From Chrysomallon squamiferum (Eukaryota; Animalia; Mollusca), in NCBI GenBank assembly GCA_012295275.1, contig CM022676.1, positions 7,812,001-7,876,000 of the forward strand: 64,000 nt of DNA. Reading direction: 5' to 3'. How positions within the stretch are numbered: position 1 is the first letter of the stretch; each line of letters starts with the position of its first letter. Both the position numbers and the translations under genes were made by a program. The notes under the pieces were generated by a model that was not told the origin of the DNA, ran no database searches, and saw nothing but the letters and a program-made list of their open reading frames with translations. Of the stretch, positions 1 through 13,135 are shown piece after piece.

Positions 1-248
1 GAGAGAGAATGTCAGATAAAGGCAAACAGACAAACGGATGGACAGATAAATATATAAACTAATATAAATTAATAATAATAATAATAATATATATAGATAT
101 ATATATATCTATATATACATATATGATGATGATGATTATTATGATAATGATGAGGATCATATTGATAATAACAGAAAAAACAAATATCATTGATTTATTT
201 ATCTTTAATTTTTAATTATTTATTTATTTATTTATTTTATTATTATTA

Positions 249-297
<49 letters not shown>

Positions 298-720
298 GTT
301 TATTTATTTATTTATTTATTTATTATTATTATTTTTTTTTACAGACGGTCCCGATAACTCACTTCGAGTCAGTTCTTCATCTGACATCACAGTAGAGGAA
401 GGAAGTGACGTCACAATATCATGCAACGCCGATTGCGCTATCAAATGCTTTTATAGATGGGAACTGAACAATGAAATTGTCAGTAACAACAGTCTGCTAG
501 CACTGACTAATGTCACGATATTTCATGATGGCGTCTACACATGCACTGCTGTTAATCCGGATACGAGCCAAACAGCAGATACCAAAATTATTAGGGAGGT
601 AGACAGAAATAGATGGATATACATATTTACAGATAGACTGAATGATGTATCTGAGTATATGTATATATGTAAATGTTTAGGAATTTATGTTATTGATTTT
701 ATGTATGTATGTTTGTATAT

Positions 721-757
<37 letters not shown>

Positions 758-1114
758 CATGTGTGTATATATATATGTATCTATATATGTGTATAGGTAT
801 GCATATATATGTCCATGACAATGGAGATTATTATTATTATTATGATGATGATGATGAACATCATTTTTAAATTCATTTTATTTTGCATTTAATTTTGAAT
901 ACCGTTCGTGAAATGCTTATATAAAGATATCTGAATAGGAAGATAGATAGATGGATATATGTATTTTATACGTAAGAATAAAGGTCCTTATATATGTACG
1001 GGTTGACGAATGGATGTTATTATTTTTTACTGCTTGTCTGTCTGTACATACGTACGCATGTGTGTGTATGTATGTGTGTGTATGTATATATGTATACATG
1101 TATGTATGTATGTA

Positions 1115-1147
<33 letters not shown>

Positions 1148-1290
1148 CTGTGTATAAGTATACGAATGCATATATATGTACACAGATAAATAGATAATTA
1201 TATAGAAAAGAAAAGAGTGTGTTAAATCAGAATTTTTGGACAATAGTCGACGGAGAAAGTGAAATAAATAAATACACACAAAAAAGCCTT
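1..1290. repeat. Tandem duplication, copy of about 4057-5250
   Basis: Near-identical intron sequence; compare ORFs 951-1157 and 4911-5153. Confidence 0.9.
345..592 (+). pseudogene. C2-type Ig exon of an upstream receptor paralog, with 3' end and splice donor deleted
   Basis: Acceptor tttacag| at 344/345. Translates DGPDNSLRVSSSSDITVEEGSDVTISCNADCAIKCFYRWEL...DGVYTCTAVNPDTSQTADTKII. It then runs straight into intron-like sequence (agggaggtagacag) instead of the V-x-x|gtaagt end seen in paralogous 261-nt exons. Confidence 0.8.
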
Positions 1291-1382
1291 AATAGAAAGA
1301 TAACAATAGCAAATAAATACCTATTCTGTGAAGATATATTAATAATTTTTTGTTAAGGGCAGTGAAAACTAAAATACTGAAA

Positions 1383-1440
1383 ATGAGTTTTACGTTATTC
1401 TGTGTGTTTATGTCACTGGGAGGCGTTTTGTACGTACAAG
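1383..1440 (+). CDS. Gene A signal-peptide exon
   Basis: MSFTLFCVFMSLGGVLYVQ(G)|gtatgt, 58 nt; homologous to 30902-30959. Confidence 0.8.
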
Positions 1441-1778
1441 GTATGTATTTGATATTCTTTCTTTTGTTTTCTTTCTTTCTTTCTTTTGTTTTCTTTCTTT
1501 CTTTCTTTCTTTATTATTATTATTTTTTGTTATTGATTTAAATGTGAAGTCTGGGTGGACTCGCCACTGTTTTTGAATGACTAACGTAAAATGAAATGTT
1601 TAACTGTCAGTTCAACTCTTTGAAATATGTTTAGGAAAATATTAAACAATAACATAACATAGTATAACAAAACATGACAGTCCATAACGAAGCGTTGCGT
1701 AACATAATTAACATAATGTAATACAATTGAAAAATATATTGAAAAAAGCATAAAATAATAATAATAATAATAATAATG

Positions 1779-1841
<63 letters not shown>

Positions 1842-1934
1842 GTAATAATAAAAACCCAACGCAACATATAACCTAACAGTAAAAATAAATATAAAAATAA
1901 TTTTAATTTTAATTTTTCTTATTATAATTGAATT

Positions 1935-1967
<33 letters not shown>

Positions 1968-4122
1968 TATTATTATTAATTTTATTTTATTTTATTTTTA
2001 TATATTTTTTAAATTTAAGGTCAGGATTACAAGTTAACAACATCAGACGTACATGTAGTTGTTGGATCACCTTTTACTTTTATCTGTCGAAGAGACGTAC
2101 CTGGCAGAATTACCTGGTTTGAGAATACCAGAAGCCACGCCATGGATGTAGGAGCAAGACAAGGTCAATGTGATTTTGTTAATAAACCTCCAAAAGAATA
2201 CAGTTTTTACTGTTCAGAATACATAAACACTCTCACAGTACAATCTGTCAATTTCAGTCAGCATGCAACAGTGTGGAGCTGTGGTAACATTGCACCACTC
2301 AGCAACAGAATAGAAGTGGATTTGAGAGGTAAAATTAACTTATTTATTATTAATATTATATATATATAGATTGAAAGAGAGATAGATTTCCATGGAGACA
2401 GAATGAAAGAAAGAAAGATACGAAATATGTACTTCTAATGATTTGTAAACAAAACATTTTGAAAAAATATATATATATTTAAAAAATCAACATGCACTTA
2501 TATATCAAGATTTAGAACAATTTAATTTTTATTTGTTATTTTATTATTATTATTTTCAATAAATAACTAATAAAAAAAAAAGAAATAGTAGCGACAGTAA
2601 TAGTAATTATGATATCAACCGCAACAACTTAAACACTTCATCATCACAACAACTGCAAAGCCAATGTTCATAACTAACAGTGGTTACTATCAGCAAAAAT
2701 AAAACAAAACAAAATATGACAAGAAATTACGATGATGATACTGGCGATGTTGATGATGATGATGTTGATAACGTTTTTACAGATGGTCCTGGAACATCAC
2801 TCAAGCTGAATACTTCGTCTATTATGATTGCTGTGGAAGGAAGTGACGTCACTGTGTCTTGTTCGGCGACGTGTTTCATCAAGTGTAATTATCAGTGGGA
2901 GTTCGCAGATGACGTCATAAGTAACACGAGCATTCTCTCATTGGCTGATATTAAGAGATCACAATCAGGTTTCTATGTGTGTACGGCTGAAAATCCAGAT
3001 ACGAAAAAAACTGCCAATAAAACACTTGAATTGATTGTACTATGTAAGTAAGAAACTAATTATACTAAAAATAAAAATGATAAAATAGACAGACAACTTA
3101 ATATTTGTTAGAGGTGCATGTTTAAAATGTCAGACAACCTCTGATAAACAGCAGAGAATCAAGAGAACAGTTTTCATTATTCGGGACTTTAAATCATGTG
3201 CATTTTTCTCACAGTCTGTCAATTCGATGTTTCGTTTATTTTACTGGACTTATGAATTATGTGGCATGACATTAATTAGAATTAATTTGCCTTATGACTT
3301 CATTAAACAGATATACATTAAAACAAACAAAAAACAAAGAAATTCTGTCGTCATAACCAATATCTTTATCCGTAAGAAAATATTATCAAAAACTGGAATA
3401 TGAAACTACATATTAAGTTAATAATTTTTAACTTGTATATGATTTAAATACCCGAATACAGTAAAACTGTTGATTCTCCGGGTTTTTTAAAGATCGAATA
3501 TACTACATCATGACATTTGTTGTTTTTTAAATTATGTAAAAATAATGACAAACCAGAAATGCAAATTATATTTTCACAGACGGTCCCGGTAGCTCACTTC
3601 GAGTTAATTCTTCATCTAACATCACAGTAGAGGAAGGAGGTGACGTCGCAGTATTATGCATAGCCGATTGTTTTATCAAATGCCTTTACCACTGGGAACT
3701 GGCGAATCAGACTGTCAGTAACAACGGACTACTGGCACTGACTAATGTCACGAGATTTGAAGATGGCGTCTACACATGCACTGCTGTTAATACGAATACG
3801 AATGAAAAAGCACAGAAAGAAATTATTATTCACGTTACGTGTGAGTTTTAATTAATTTTATTTAGCAGTTAATTTTGAATACAAATCATAAAAATGTTTA
3901 TAAAAGATATCTGAATAGGAAGATAGATAGACAGAAAGAGATATCTATATATGCATAAGAAATAGATAGATGCATGTTTATATATATAAATATATATATA
4001 TAAATAGATAGACAAGAATATATAAACATAACACATACACACAGAGATACAGATAAAGAGAGAAAGTCAGATAAAGGCAAACAGACAAACGGATAGACAG
4101 ATAAATATATAAACTAATATAA

Positions 4123-4165
<43 letters not shown>

Positions 4166-4283
4166 TATATATACACACATACATGATGATGATTATTATG
4201 ATAATGATGAGGATCATATTGATAATAACAGAAAAAACAAATATCATTGATGTATTTATCTTTAATTTTTATTTATTTATTTA

Positions 4284-4362
<79 letters not shown>

Positions 4363-4756
4363 TTTATTTATATATTTATTATTATTATTATTATTTTCAC
4401 AGACGGTCCCGAGTGAGTGTGAGTGTTAATTCATTTTGTTTTGCATTTAATTTTGAATACAAATCATAAAATGTTTATATAAAAATATCTGAATAGCGAG
4501 GTAGATAGAAATAGACGGATATATATATTTACAGATAGACTGAATGATATATGTGAGTATATCTATAAATGTTTAGGAATTTATGTTATTGATTTTATGG
4601 CTGTCTATACGTACAGATGTATGTCTGTGTATGTATGTATGTATGTTTGTATATGTGTGTGTGTGCGTGTGTGTGTGTGTGTATACATGTATATATATAT
4701 ATATATGTATCTATATATGTGTATAGGTATGCATATATATGTCCATGACAATGGAA

Positions 4757-4797
<41 letters not shown>

Positions 4798-5704
4798 GAT
4801 GAAGATGATGATGATGAACATCATTTTTAAATTCATTTTATTTTGCATTTAATTTTGAATACCGTTCGTGAAATGCTTATATAAAGATATCTGAATAGGA
4901 AGATAGATAGATGGATATATGTATTTTATACGTAAGAATAAAGGTCCTTATATACTTACGGGTTGACGAATGGATGTTATTATTTTTTACTGCTTGTCTG
5001 TCTGTACATACGTACGCATGTGTGTGTATGTATGTGTGTGTATGTATATATGTATATATGTATACATGTATGTATGTATGTATGTGTGTGTATATATATA
5101 TATATATATATCTGTGTATAAGTATACGAATGCATATATATGTACACAGATAAATAGATAATTATATAGAAAAGAAAAGAGTGTGTTAAATCAGAATTTT
5201 TGGACAATAGTCGACGGAGAAAGTGAAATAAATAAATACACACAAAAAAGCTGCTTGTCTGTCTGTACATACGTACGCATGTGTGTGTGTGTGTGTTTAT
5301 ATATATATATATATATACATACACACACATATGTCTCTGTATGTGTGTATGTATGTGTGTGTATGTATATATGTATACATGTATGTATGTATGTATGTAT
5401 ATATATATATATCTGTGTATAAGTATACGAATGCATATATATGTACACAGATAAATAGAGAATTATATAGAAAAGAAAAGAGTGTGTTAAATCAGAATTT
5501 TAGGAAATACAAATTACCTGTCTATTGAAGATATATAAAAAATATTAATTTTATCTCACATTTTTATTTTTATTAATGCATTTTCAGGTGGTATAGAAGA
5601 CAGCAGTCAGTTTGGAAAAGGATTTGCCACCTGTTTTGCAATTTTCATTGTTCTGTTTGTTAAAATTATCATTTCCGGTTTTCTCTTCGTCCTATATCAA
5701 AGAA
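1383..5704 (+). CDS. Gene A: IgSF receptor, signal peptide-V-C2-C2-TM with an intramembrane Lys; cytoplasmic end unresolved
   Basis: Exons 1383-1440, 2020-2328, 2783-3043, 3580-3840 and 5588-5704. All are GT-AG, joined in phase 1, with no in-frame stops. No tyrosine-motif tail exons were found downstream on the + strand. Confidence 0.75.
2020..2328 (+). CDS. Gene A V-like Ig exon
   Basis: ttaag|GQDYKLTTSDVHVVVGSPFTFICRRDVPGRITWFEN...QCDF...YSFYC...TVWSCGNIAPLSNRIEVDLR|gtaaaa; 309 nt. Confidence 0.85.
2783..3043 (+). CDS. Gene A C2-type Ig exon 1
   Basis: tacag|DGPGTSLKL...VSCSATCFIKCNYQW...SGFYVCTAEN...LIVL|gtaagt; 261 nt. Confidence 0.85.
3580..3840 (+). CDS. Gene A C2-type Ig exon 2
   Basis: cacag|YGPGSSLRV...LCIADCFIKCLYHW...DGVYTCTAVN...IIIHVT|gtgagt; 261 nt. 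Absent from the ORF track because it has no start codon. Confidence 0.85.
4403..4418 (+). pseudogene. Internally deleted C2 exon remnant (acceptor, start of DGP, donor only)
   Basis: ttttcacag|acggtcccga-gtgagt-gtgagt; the flanks duplicate those of the exon at 345. Confidence 0.65.
5588..5704 (+). CDS. Gene A transmembrane exon with Lys in the hydrophobic helix
   Basis: ttttcag|GIEDSSQFGKGFATCFAIFIVLFVKIIISGFLFVLYQR|gtattt; 117 nt, like the paralogous TM exons. Confidence 0.8.
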
Positions 5705-6950
5705 GTATTTATTTATTTGTTTGTTTATTTGTTTGTTTGTTTCTTTGTTTGTTTATTTTTTCATGATTTATCTGATTTATTTATTCGTTTATACATTTAT
5801 TTATTTATTAATATGGATTTTGAATTCTGCGACTTTCCTTTTTATTATCTGTCTTTGTTTGTTTCTTTCTGTCATTATTATTTTTTCTTTTCTTTTTCTT
5901 TTCCGTTCTTTCAGTGTTTATTATTTCATGAAAATGTTTGTTCCTGTAGCTACTGAGTTTATTGTTTCTCATTTGTCTGTATTGTTATTTTATCTTTTGT
6001 TCGTTTTTTGCTTAAATACGATATTAGGGACAAGGTGTTACGAGTTAGAACAGTTTGTCAGAAATAGGATATTAGGGATGAAGATATTCCATTCGCCATG
6101 TATTTTGATCTGCCTTACCATGTATTATGAAGTAACAAGCTTTTAACTTACAGACTACTATGAAAAATCCAATAACAGCACGTCCAATCATAACTTACAG
6201 AAATAATTCGATAGGACATTTTATTCTCTACGCGATTCCCGGAATACAATGCCTGTATAAGCTAATGTTTCCAAAGGATTTACGAATTAAATCAATAAAA
6301 GGTACGGAAATGTTTTAAAATGTTTTTAAAGTGTATATCATTTTTTTTACGAATTTTTTTGAATGTTGTTGTTGTTTCTTTTTTAATTTTACTTTCTTTA
6401 CAGACTTTGAGAAAGAATATCTTCTAAATAGTGTTTAAAATAGTTTTAAATAGATTTATGAAATGTATTTGTTTCTAGAAGTGTATTTGTATTAAATGTC
6501 AAAATATTTTATAGACTTTTTTTTAGAAAGGATACTTTCTAAATAGTTTTTGAAATAGTTTTAATTCGATTTCGAAACGTTTTGTTTTGCTCTAGAAATG
6601 TATTTTTAAACATATCTTAACGCTTCTCTATATAGTTTTAAAAGGTTTTATGAATGCAATTAAATGTTGTTGATGTTTTTAGTTTTTTAATTATGATAAC
6701 AAAATAATAAATATGTAGACAAAGGACAAAAACACACTGTAATAGAGATTACAATAGTCAACTTTAAGTTAAATCGAATCCCTAGAGATAAATTTAGAAA
6801 TTTTTTATTTTTATTAATAATAACAAATTTCCTGTAATGTGCTTTCTTTAATTATTAAATGCATGCATACGAACACACAAAACGAGAAAGAACGGCTTGA
6901 TTCGGGGGAAACGAAGATTACCCTCGGTTACAGAGGAAGCTTTTTAAGAT

Positions 6951-7026
6951 TGTCTTGATGGCCGAACGGTAACGTCGTCCGCCTTCGGAGTGCGGGCGAA
7001 TGGGTGTTCGAGTCTCTTCAGCGGCA
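6951..7026 (+). mobile_element. tRNA-like sequence, possibly a SINE head
   Basis: A-box-like TGGCCGAACGGT and B-box-like GTTCGAGTC in a GC-rich island; no clean cloverleaf. Confidence 0.35.
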
Positions 7027-7851
7027 TCTGACGGTTTTGTAGGGTCATGATATGCATGAAGTCTTTTAAAATCTATACAAAAACGTCCAGACATATAAAT
7101 AAATGTTGTTGTTTAATTATTTTTGAATATGATAACAATATTATGAATATATAGACAAAGGACCAAATCACATTGTAATAGATATTAAATTATAAAATAA
7201 ATTCCTGTGCCAGTGCGTTCTTTAATTCTTAAACATATACATGCGAGTGCCAGGTATTCAATTTTGTCTCTATTTAAAACAAATATAACTACTTAAATAT
7301 AAAAACTGTCTGGCGAATTCGAAGTATTCTTGTAGCTTATATGTTTATAATTTGAAGTAACAAGTGTCAAAAGACAAAAAGATTCTTCCAAAGAACATTG
7401 TTAAGATTAATGCCAAAACAAAGTTAAACCAAAAGTGGCCAATTGTAATTACATTCATTGTCACTACAGCTTTTTGTAATTAACAATAAAATTTCTGATC
7501 TAGTGCAATCCAGTGCAAGTATGTATGTATGTGTGTTTGTGTGTGTGTATGTGTGTGTGTGTATATATATATATATACACATATACATATATATATACGT
7601 ATGTATATACATACACATATACATATATATACACACATATATACATATATACACACATGTACATACATACGTACATACATACATACACACATATATATAA
7701 ATATATACATACACACATAAAATATTTTAAAGGTTTTCTGCAAAAAAATTTGAAAGACTGACAAATATATTTAATGTTGTTAACATTATATTTAGTGATT
7801 ATATAGATAAATAGAGAGATCGATAGATATTCATTTGAACATAGATGTTGA

Positions 7852-7898
<47 letters not shown>

Positions 7899-8379
7899 AT
7901 ATATATATATATCACTATTTTTCTTTGACAGTAAATACAATTTTCAGTTTTCTGTTATAATTTAATGTTTCGCATCGTACGTAAATAAAGCAGCATTTCT
8001 CTACGTACAGAAGATAAAACGTTTTTCATGTTTTTTCTCTATCGATTTTTGTAGTCGCGCCATACATAGATACTCATATACATAATGGAAAGCGGTATGG
8101 AAACTTCATCGCTTATCTGTGAAACGGCGAAATTATATAGACCTATGAAACAAAACATCGTAAGGCATTTTAAGGATCAAGAACATTAATTTACTACTTT
8201 TCAGGCATATATTAGTTTGAATTTTGCGTCAGAAATCCTAATTTCTTTCTGCAAATTTCACTGATTTTCTGGTTGTTTTTCTCTCTTACTGTTACCTGCA
8301 CCTACATACATGGATAACGGAAATTACTTTAAGTTATCTAAATTTTAATAGAAAGACTTTGTATTCATTTTAATTTAAA

Positions 8380-9500
8380 CCGGTGCTGTACAATAAAGCA
8401 TTGTTGCTATAATGTATTTATTTATTTATATATTATTTATTTATTTTATAAAAAAGAAACTAAATAGAATAAAATAAAACGAAATAGAATAAAACAATAA
8501 CAAAATATTGTTTATCAAATCCGTTTAATAGTTATAACAACTTAATGGTCTCAGGGGAATAACTCCATTTAAAACAATACATAAGAGTTATTCCTCTGAG
8601 ACCGTTAATTTGTACCTTAAAACGCATTTGCATAATAATGAATTTTCCCTATAATTTATTTATTTATTTATTTATTTATTTGTATAGAAAAAGAAATTTA
8701 AATAATATAAAATGAAACGAAGCAGATTAAAACAATAACAAGATATTCTCCAGGTCCGTATAATAGAGTTACAACAAGTTTACGATGTAAGGGGAATAAC
8801 TGTACTTAAGCTAATAAATAAGAACTATAACAGAGTTATTCCTCTTAGTTAACTTGTACTTTAAACAGCATCTGCACAATAGAGCATTGTTGCTATAATT
8901 TATTTATTTATCTATTTAATTTATCAAAAAGAAATTTAAGAGCCAGAACACGTTAACGGTCTAAGTGGAATAAATATATTAAAAATAATAAATAAGAACT
9001 AAAACAGAGTTATTCGCCTTGGACCGTTAACTTGTACTTTAAATCGCATCGGCACAGTAAAGTATTATTCTTGTAATTTATTTATTATTTATTAACTATT
9101 ATTCTTATTTAAATTTATTTTATGAAAAAAGAAATTTAAATAAAATGAAAGAAAACGAAATAGAATAAAAGTAAAAAGATAATATTGTGCAGATACGTTT
9201 TCATGCAGTCGTAACAAGTTAACGGTGTAAGGGGAACAACTCTATTTAAGATAATAAATAAGAACTAAAACAGAGTTATTCCTCTCAGACCATTATCTGT
9301 ACAATAAACGGTATGTGGATAATAAAGCATTGTTGTTGTAATTTATTTATTTTCTAAGAAAGAATTGAAATAAAATCAAATAAAACAAAATCAAATAAAC
9401 AATAACAATTAATTGTTGTGTAGATGGGTGTAATATACTTGTGACAAGTTGATGGTCTAAGAGGAATAACTCTAATATTATAAATAAATAAAATAACTAA
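8380..9500. repeat. Degenerate tandem repeat (about 5 units of roughly 200-260 bp) with an internal inverted pair
   Basis: Recurring attgttgctataattt...aaaaagaaatttaa...aggggaataactc...agagttattcctct; a related single copy lies near 12060-12230. Confidence 0.6.
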
Positions 9501-9810
9501 TTAAGGGAAATAACTCTAACATTAAAACTTTAAGTCACTGAGCATTTGCCTTCAGCGCCATTTTTTAAATTTTAAAGACAGAATTTTGTTTAATAATTTA
9601 GGAAGAAAGAAAGAAAAATATACGGGTATAAATCACAGTTTTAGTCTCACCATTTGTTAGCAAACGTTTGTTTCTATAATTTGTTATAATGTTTGTAACC
9701 GAAACAAAACTTGAAGACGGAGTCTATCTCTTTTCATTTCTAAACTTTTATGTAATATTATGATTAGGCTTAGTTTTGTTTATATAAAAAAAATAAAAAA
9801 AATAAGTTAA

Positions 9811-9897
<87 letters not shown>

Positions 9898-10339
9898 GTT
9901 TCCAATTTACTTCCACAGATGACTTCTGCTGAAACTTAGATAGCATGAAAAACATGTTTTATATATTTATTTTAATTTTAAATGCGTCTTTAAGTTCTAA
10001 TTTTATTTTCATAACAGTCTGAATATTGTTTAGCTATTGAATCCAAGTATATTTTGCCATTTGCCTCTTGTGGACCGTTTCATTATTTTAACTGCCGTCC
10101 ACAAAGATCCACCGAATTTACCGTTCTAACATGCGCAATAGATTTCAGCCATTGTCAGGGACGGCACCAGACTATCTGGTGCTCTAGGCCAGGTTAGATT
10201 CTGGCGCCCCCAGGAAAATATCAATTTCAAAATTATATAAGTAATAAAAATAATAATTAAAAATACCCATCTGTGCTCAAATGTCAGGACACTCTAAAAA
10301 CAAACACTACTTGATGCTATTTTATTTGCAAATATAAGA

Positions 10340-10900
10340 CAAGAATAAGCAGACATATAGATAGCCAACAAGAGGAGAACTTCCAGAAAGGTTCCGATGT
10401 CATGCTTTTTGGTATCAAAACTGTGATTAGCACTGTCACGTTTGGCTTACATCTTTGTATGGTGAGCAGTGTAGTTCATAACAAAAATAGCTGAAACAGT
10501 TCTACAATACACAAAATCTGTTTGAGAAATCTGGATCTTTTGCTGTAGCCTAAGGTTGTTGTATTTATCTGTTTCGTGATATTTTCGTCCTCAAATAAAC
10601 CGAGGTGTTTTGGTGATTGCTATTGCTGGTGAGGTAGCATAGATTTAAGTTTGTTGTCTGGACTGTTCTCCTTGGTCTTGTTTGTTTTTAGCTGTGTCGT
10701 GATCTCTTGATTCTGAAGAAAGTTGTTGATTGTCAGATTCAGTGGCAACTCAATAACCAGCGCTTTGAAGCAGAAAAATCTCTCGATGATTTAAACAATG
10801 AACACCATCCCTATTTTCATCAGATTCAGAACTATCAAATAGAGACTAATCTAAATATCCGCGTCCAAAACATTTTCATTTTCAAGAATAGATGGTATGT
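10340..10900 (-). mobile_element. Degenerate piggyBac-like transposase fragment (copy 1)
   Basis: The minus strand gives VELFQLF...TKM*A...TFLEVLL, homologous to the block at 20380-21100. Confidence 0.45.
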
Positions 10901-11557
10901 TGTTGAATTATATAATAAATAAATAATAAGATTGCAACAACGTTTGCTCCACATACAATATTTTCACTTGCACACTGCAAAAGTTTGTTTCTGTGTTGTA
11001 ATGAATCGACTTGTGTGGGATATTCTGATGTAGAAATTTCTGGTTTTATTCATTACATTTATAACAAGAAAAGAAACGGAAGAGCTGAAGGAGCAAAATA
11101 TAAATTAATTAATATAATGATTTTCATCTGTACACTTTTACAACTCTGAATACACATGCATTACAAAGATATGACTTCTGAATAAAACAATAAATTTATC
11201 TCTTTTGTCCTGAAAAGTTTTTAGTCATTTATTTTCCTTTTCGCCCTCTTTTGAAACTTCTAGAAATGTACAGCAGGTGTAAATAGTTCATTTTATATAT
11301 TATTCAGACTTAAAAGTTATTCAGGAAGAGGAATCATTAAGAAAAAAAAGATTTCCATATTGTTGCTTTTTTTTTAACAATGGTTAAAGTGATAGAAAAT
11401 GGATTAAAAGAATTGTGAGCAAGAAGTTATAAAGGGAAATAGGACAAGGGACGTAATAAAAGGAACTGATGTAACTACTAAACTAGTGTGTACTATTGTT
11501 TTGTTCATTATATTATGTTTCGTTATCTTAGAGCAGGTTTGTTTCTGTTTCAGCTTT

Positions 11558-11601
<44 letters not shown>

Positions 11602-12383
11602 AACATACACATGCATATACACTTAAGTGAAGAAAATATTATATGGGTTTTCTGTAAAATATTTAAAAACACTGATAAATATATTTATTGTTGCTCACTA
11701 TGTTGTTAAGATCATGTATAATGATTAGATAGATATTCATCTGAACATAAATATTAATATGTACATATATATCACTATTTTTCATTGACACAGTAAATAA
11801 AATGTTCAGTTCTCTTATAATTTAATGTTTCGCATCGTACCTAAATAAAGCAAGGTTTCTCTACACAATAAATAATGTTTTTCATTTTTTTCTCTATCGA
11901 TTTTTATAGTTCGGCCATTCTGATTTAACACACATCTCTTTTCTTTTCTATAATTCTCAGTTTATCTGTTACTTGTCTGTGTCCATCTGTTTCTCTGTCT
12001 GATATATGCATTTATAATTTCTTTTTTATAAAATAACTAATAAATTACAACAATAATCCTTTTATTGTGCAGATGCGGTTTAGAATATAATTAACGGTCT
12101 AAAGAGGAATAACTTTTATATAGAGTTATTCCCCTTAACTTGTCCAACTGTGTTATACGTATCTACATTACAATTTATTGCTATTGTTGATTTGGTTATG
12201 TTTTATTTTATTTTAATTTATTTCATTGTATTTTATTTTCTATAAAATAAATAAATAAACAAATACGTACAAATACACACAAGCGCACGTACAGGCACAA
12301 ATGTACAAACAATAACATACATTCATTCGTAAACACACATTAACACACATTAAACACATATGTAGATACACCTGTACATACAT

Positions 12384-12457
<74 letters not shown>

Positions 12458-12794
12458 ACACAAACACATACACAAACACACACACACACACAAAGCAAAT
12501 CTCAGGATACCTGACACAAAACAGATGGTAATACGCATAATCTTTTCTTATTTTGGTTTTATATAAATTTCTCTCTCTCTCTCTATCACACACACACATA
12601 AACAAACGCACACAAATACAAATATGCACACTCAAACACAAATACACTTAAGAAAGAAACATCAAGACAGACGACATAAAACAGGTGGTACTACGTATTT
12701 CACCAGACTTTCTGAAACTCTGGATAAATAGTCTTAATATCGTTGATTGATTTATTACCTGTGTGACAATGTAAAAAAAATCAGATATTGTACT

Positions 12795-13135
12795 GCAGTA
12801 CACATTAATACATTGAATTCATCTGTACGTTGAGAACGCAGTACACATTAATACAGTGAGTTCATGATTACGTTGACAACGGAGTACACATTAATACAGT
12901 GAATTCATGATTACGTTGACAACGCAGTACACATTAATACAGTGAGTTCATGATTACGTTGACAACGCAGTACACATTAATACAGTGAATTTATGATTAC
13001 GTTGACAACGCAGTACACGTTAATACAGTGATTTCATAATTACGTTGACAACGCAGTACACATTAATAGAGTGAGTTCATAATTACGTTGACAACGCAGT
13101 AACCATTAATACAGTGAATTCTTGGTTATGTTGAT
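12795..13135. repeat. 43-bp minisatellite, about 8 copies
   Basis: Unit GCAGTACACATTAATACAGTGAATTCATGATTACGTTGACAAC; successive unit starts at 12838, 12881 and 12924. Confidence 0.9.

Noticed and set aside
6028-6146. Candidate terminal exon of gene A (RTRCYELEQFVRN...YYEVTSF*)
   Set aside because: It is in phase after a weak acceptor, but the homolog near 19830 has a different acceptor phase and the homolog near 55930 appears intronic. It cannot be supported without transcripts.
6951-7026. Functional tRNA gene
   Set aside because: A/B-box-like motifs are present, but the acceptor and T stems do not pair convincingly.
12795-13135. Possible CRISPR array
   Set aside because: The units are contiguous with no unique spacers, there are no cas genes, and the context is eukaryotic.
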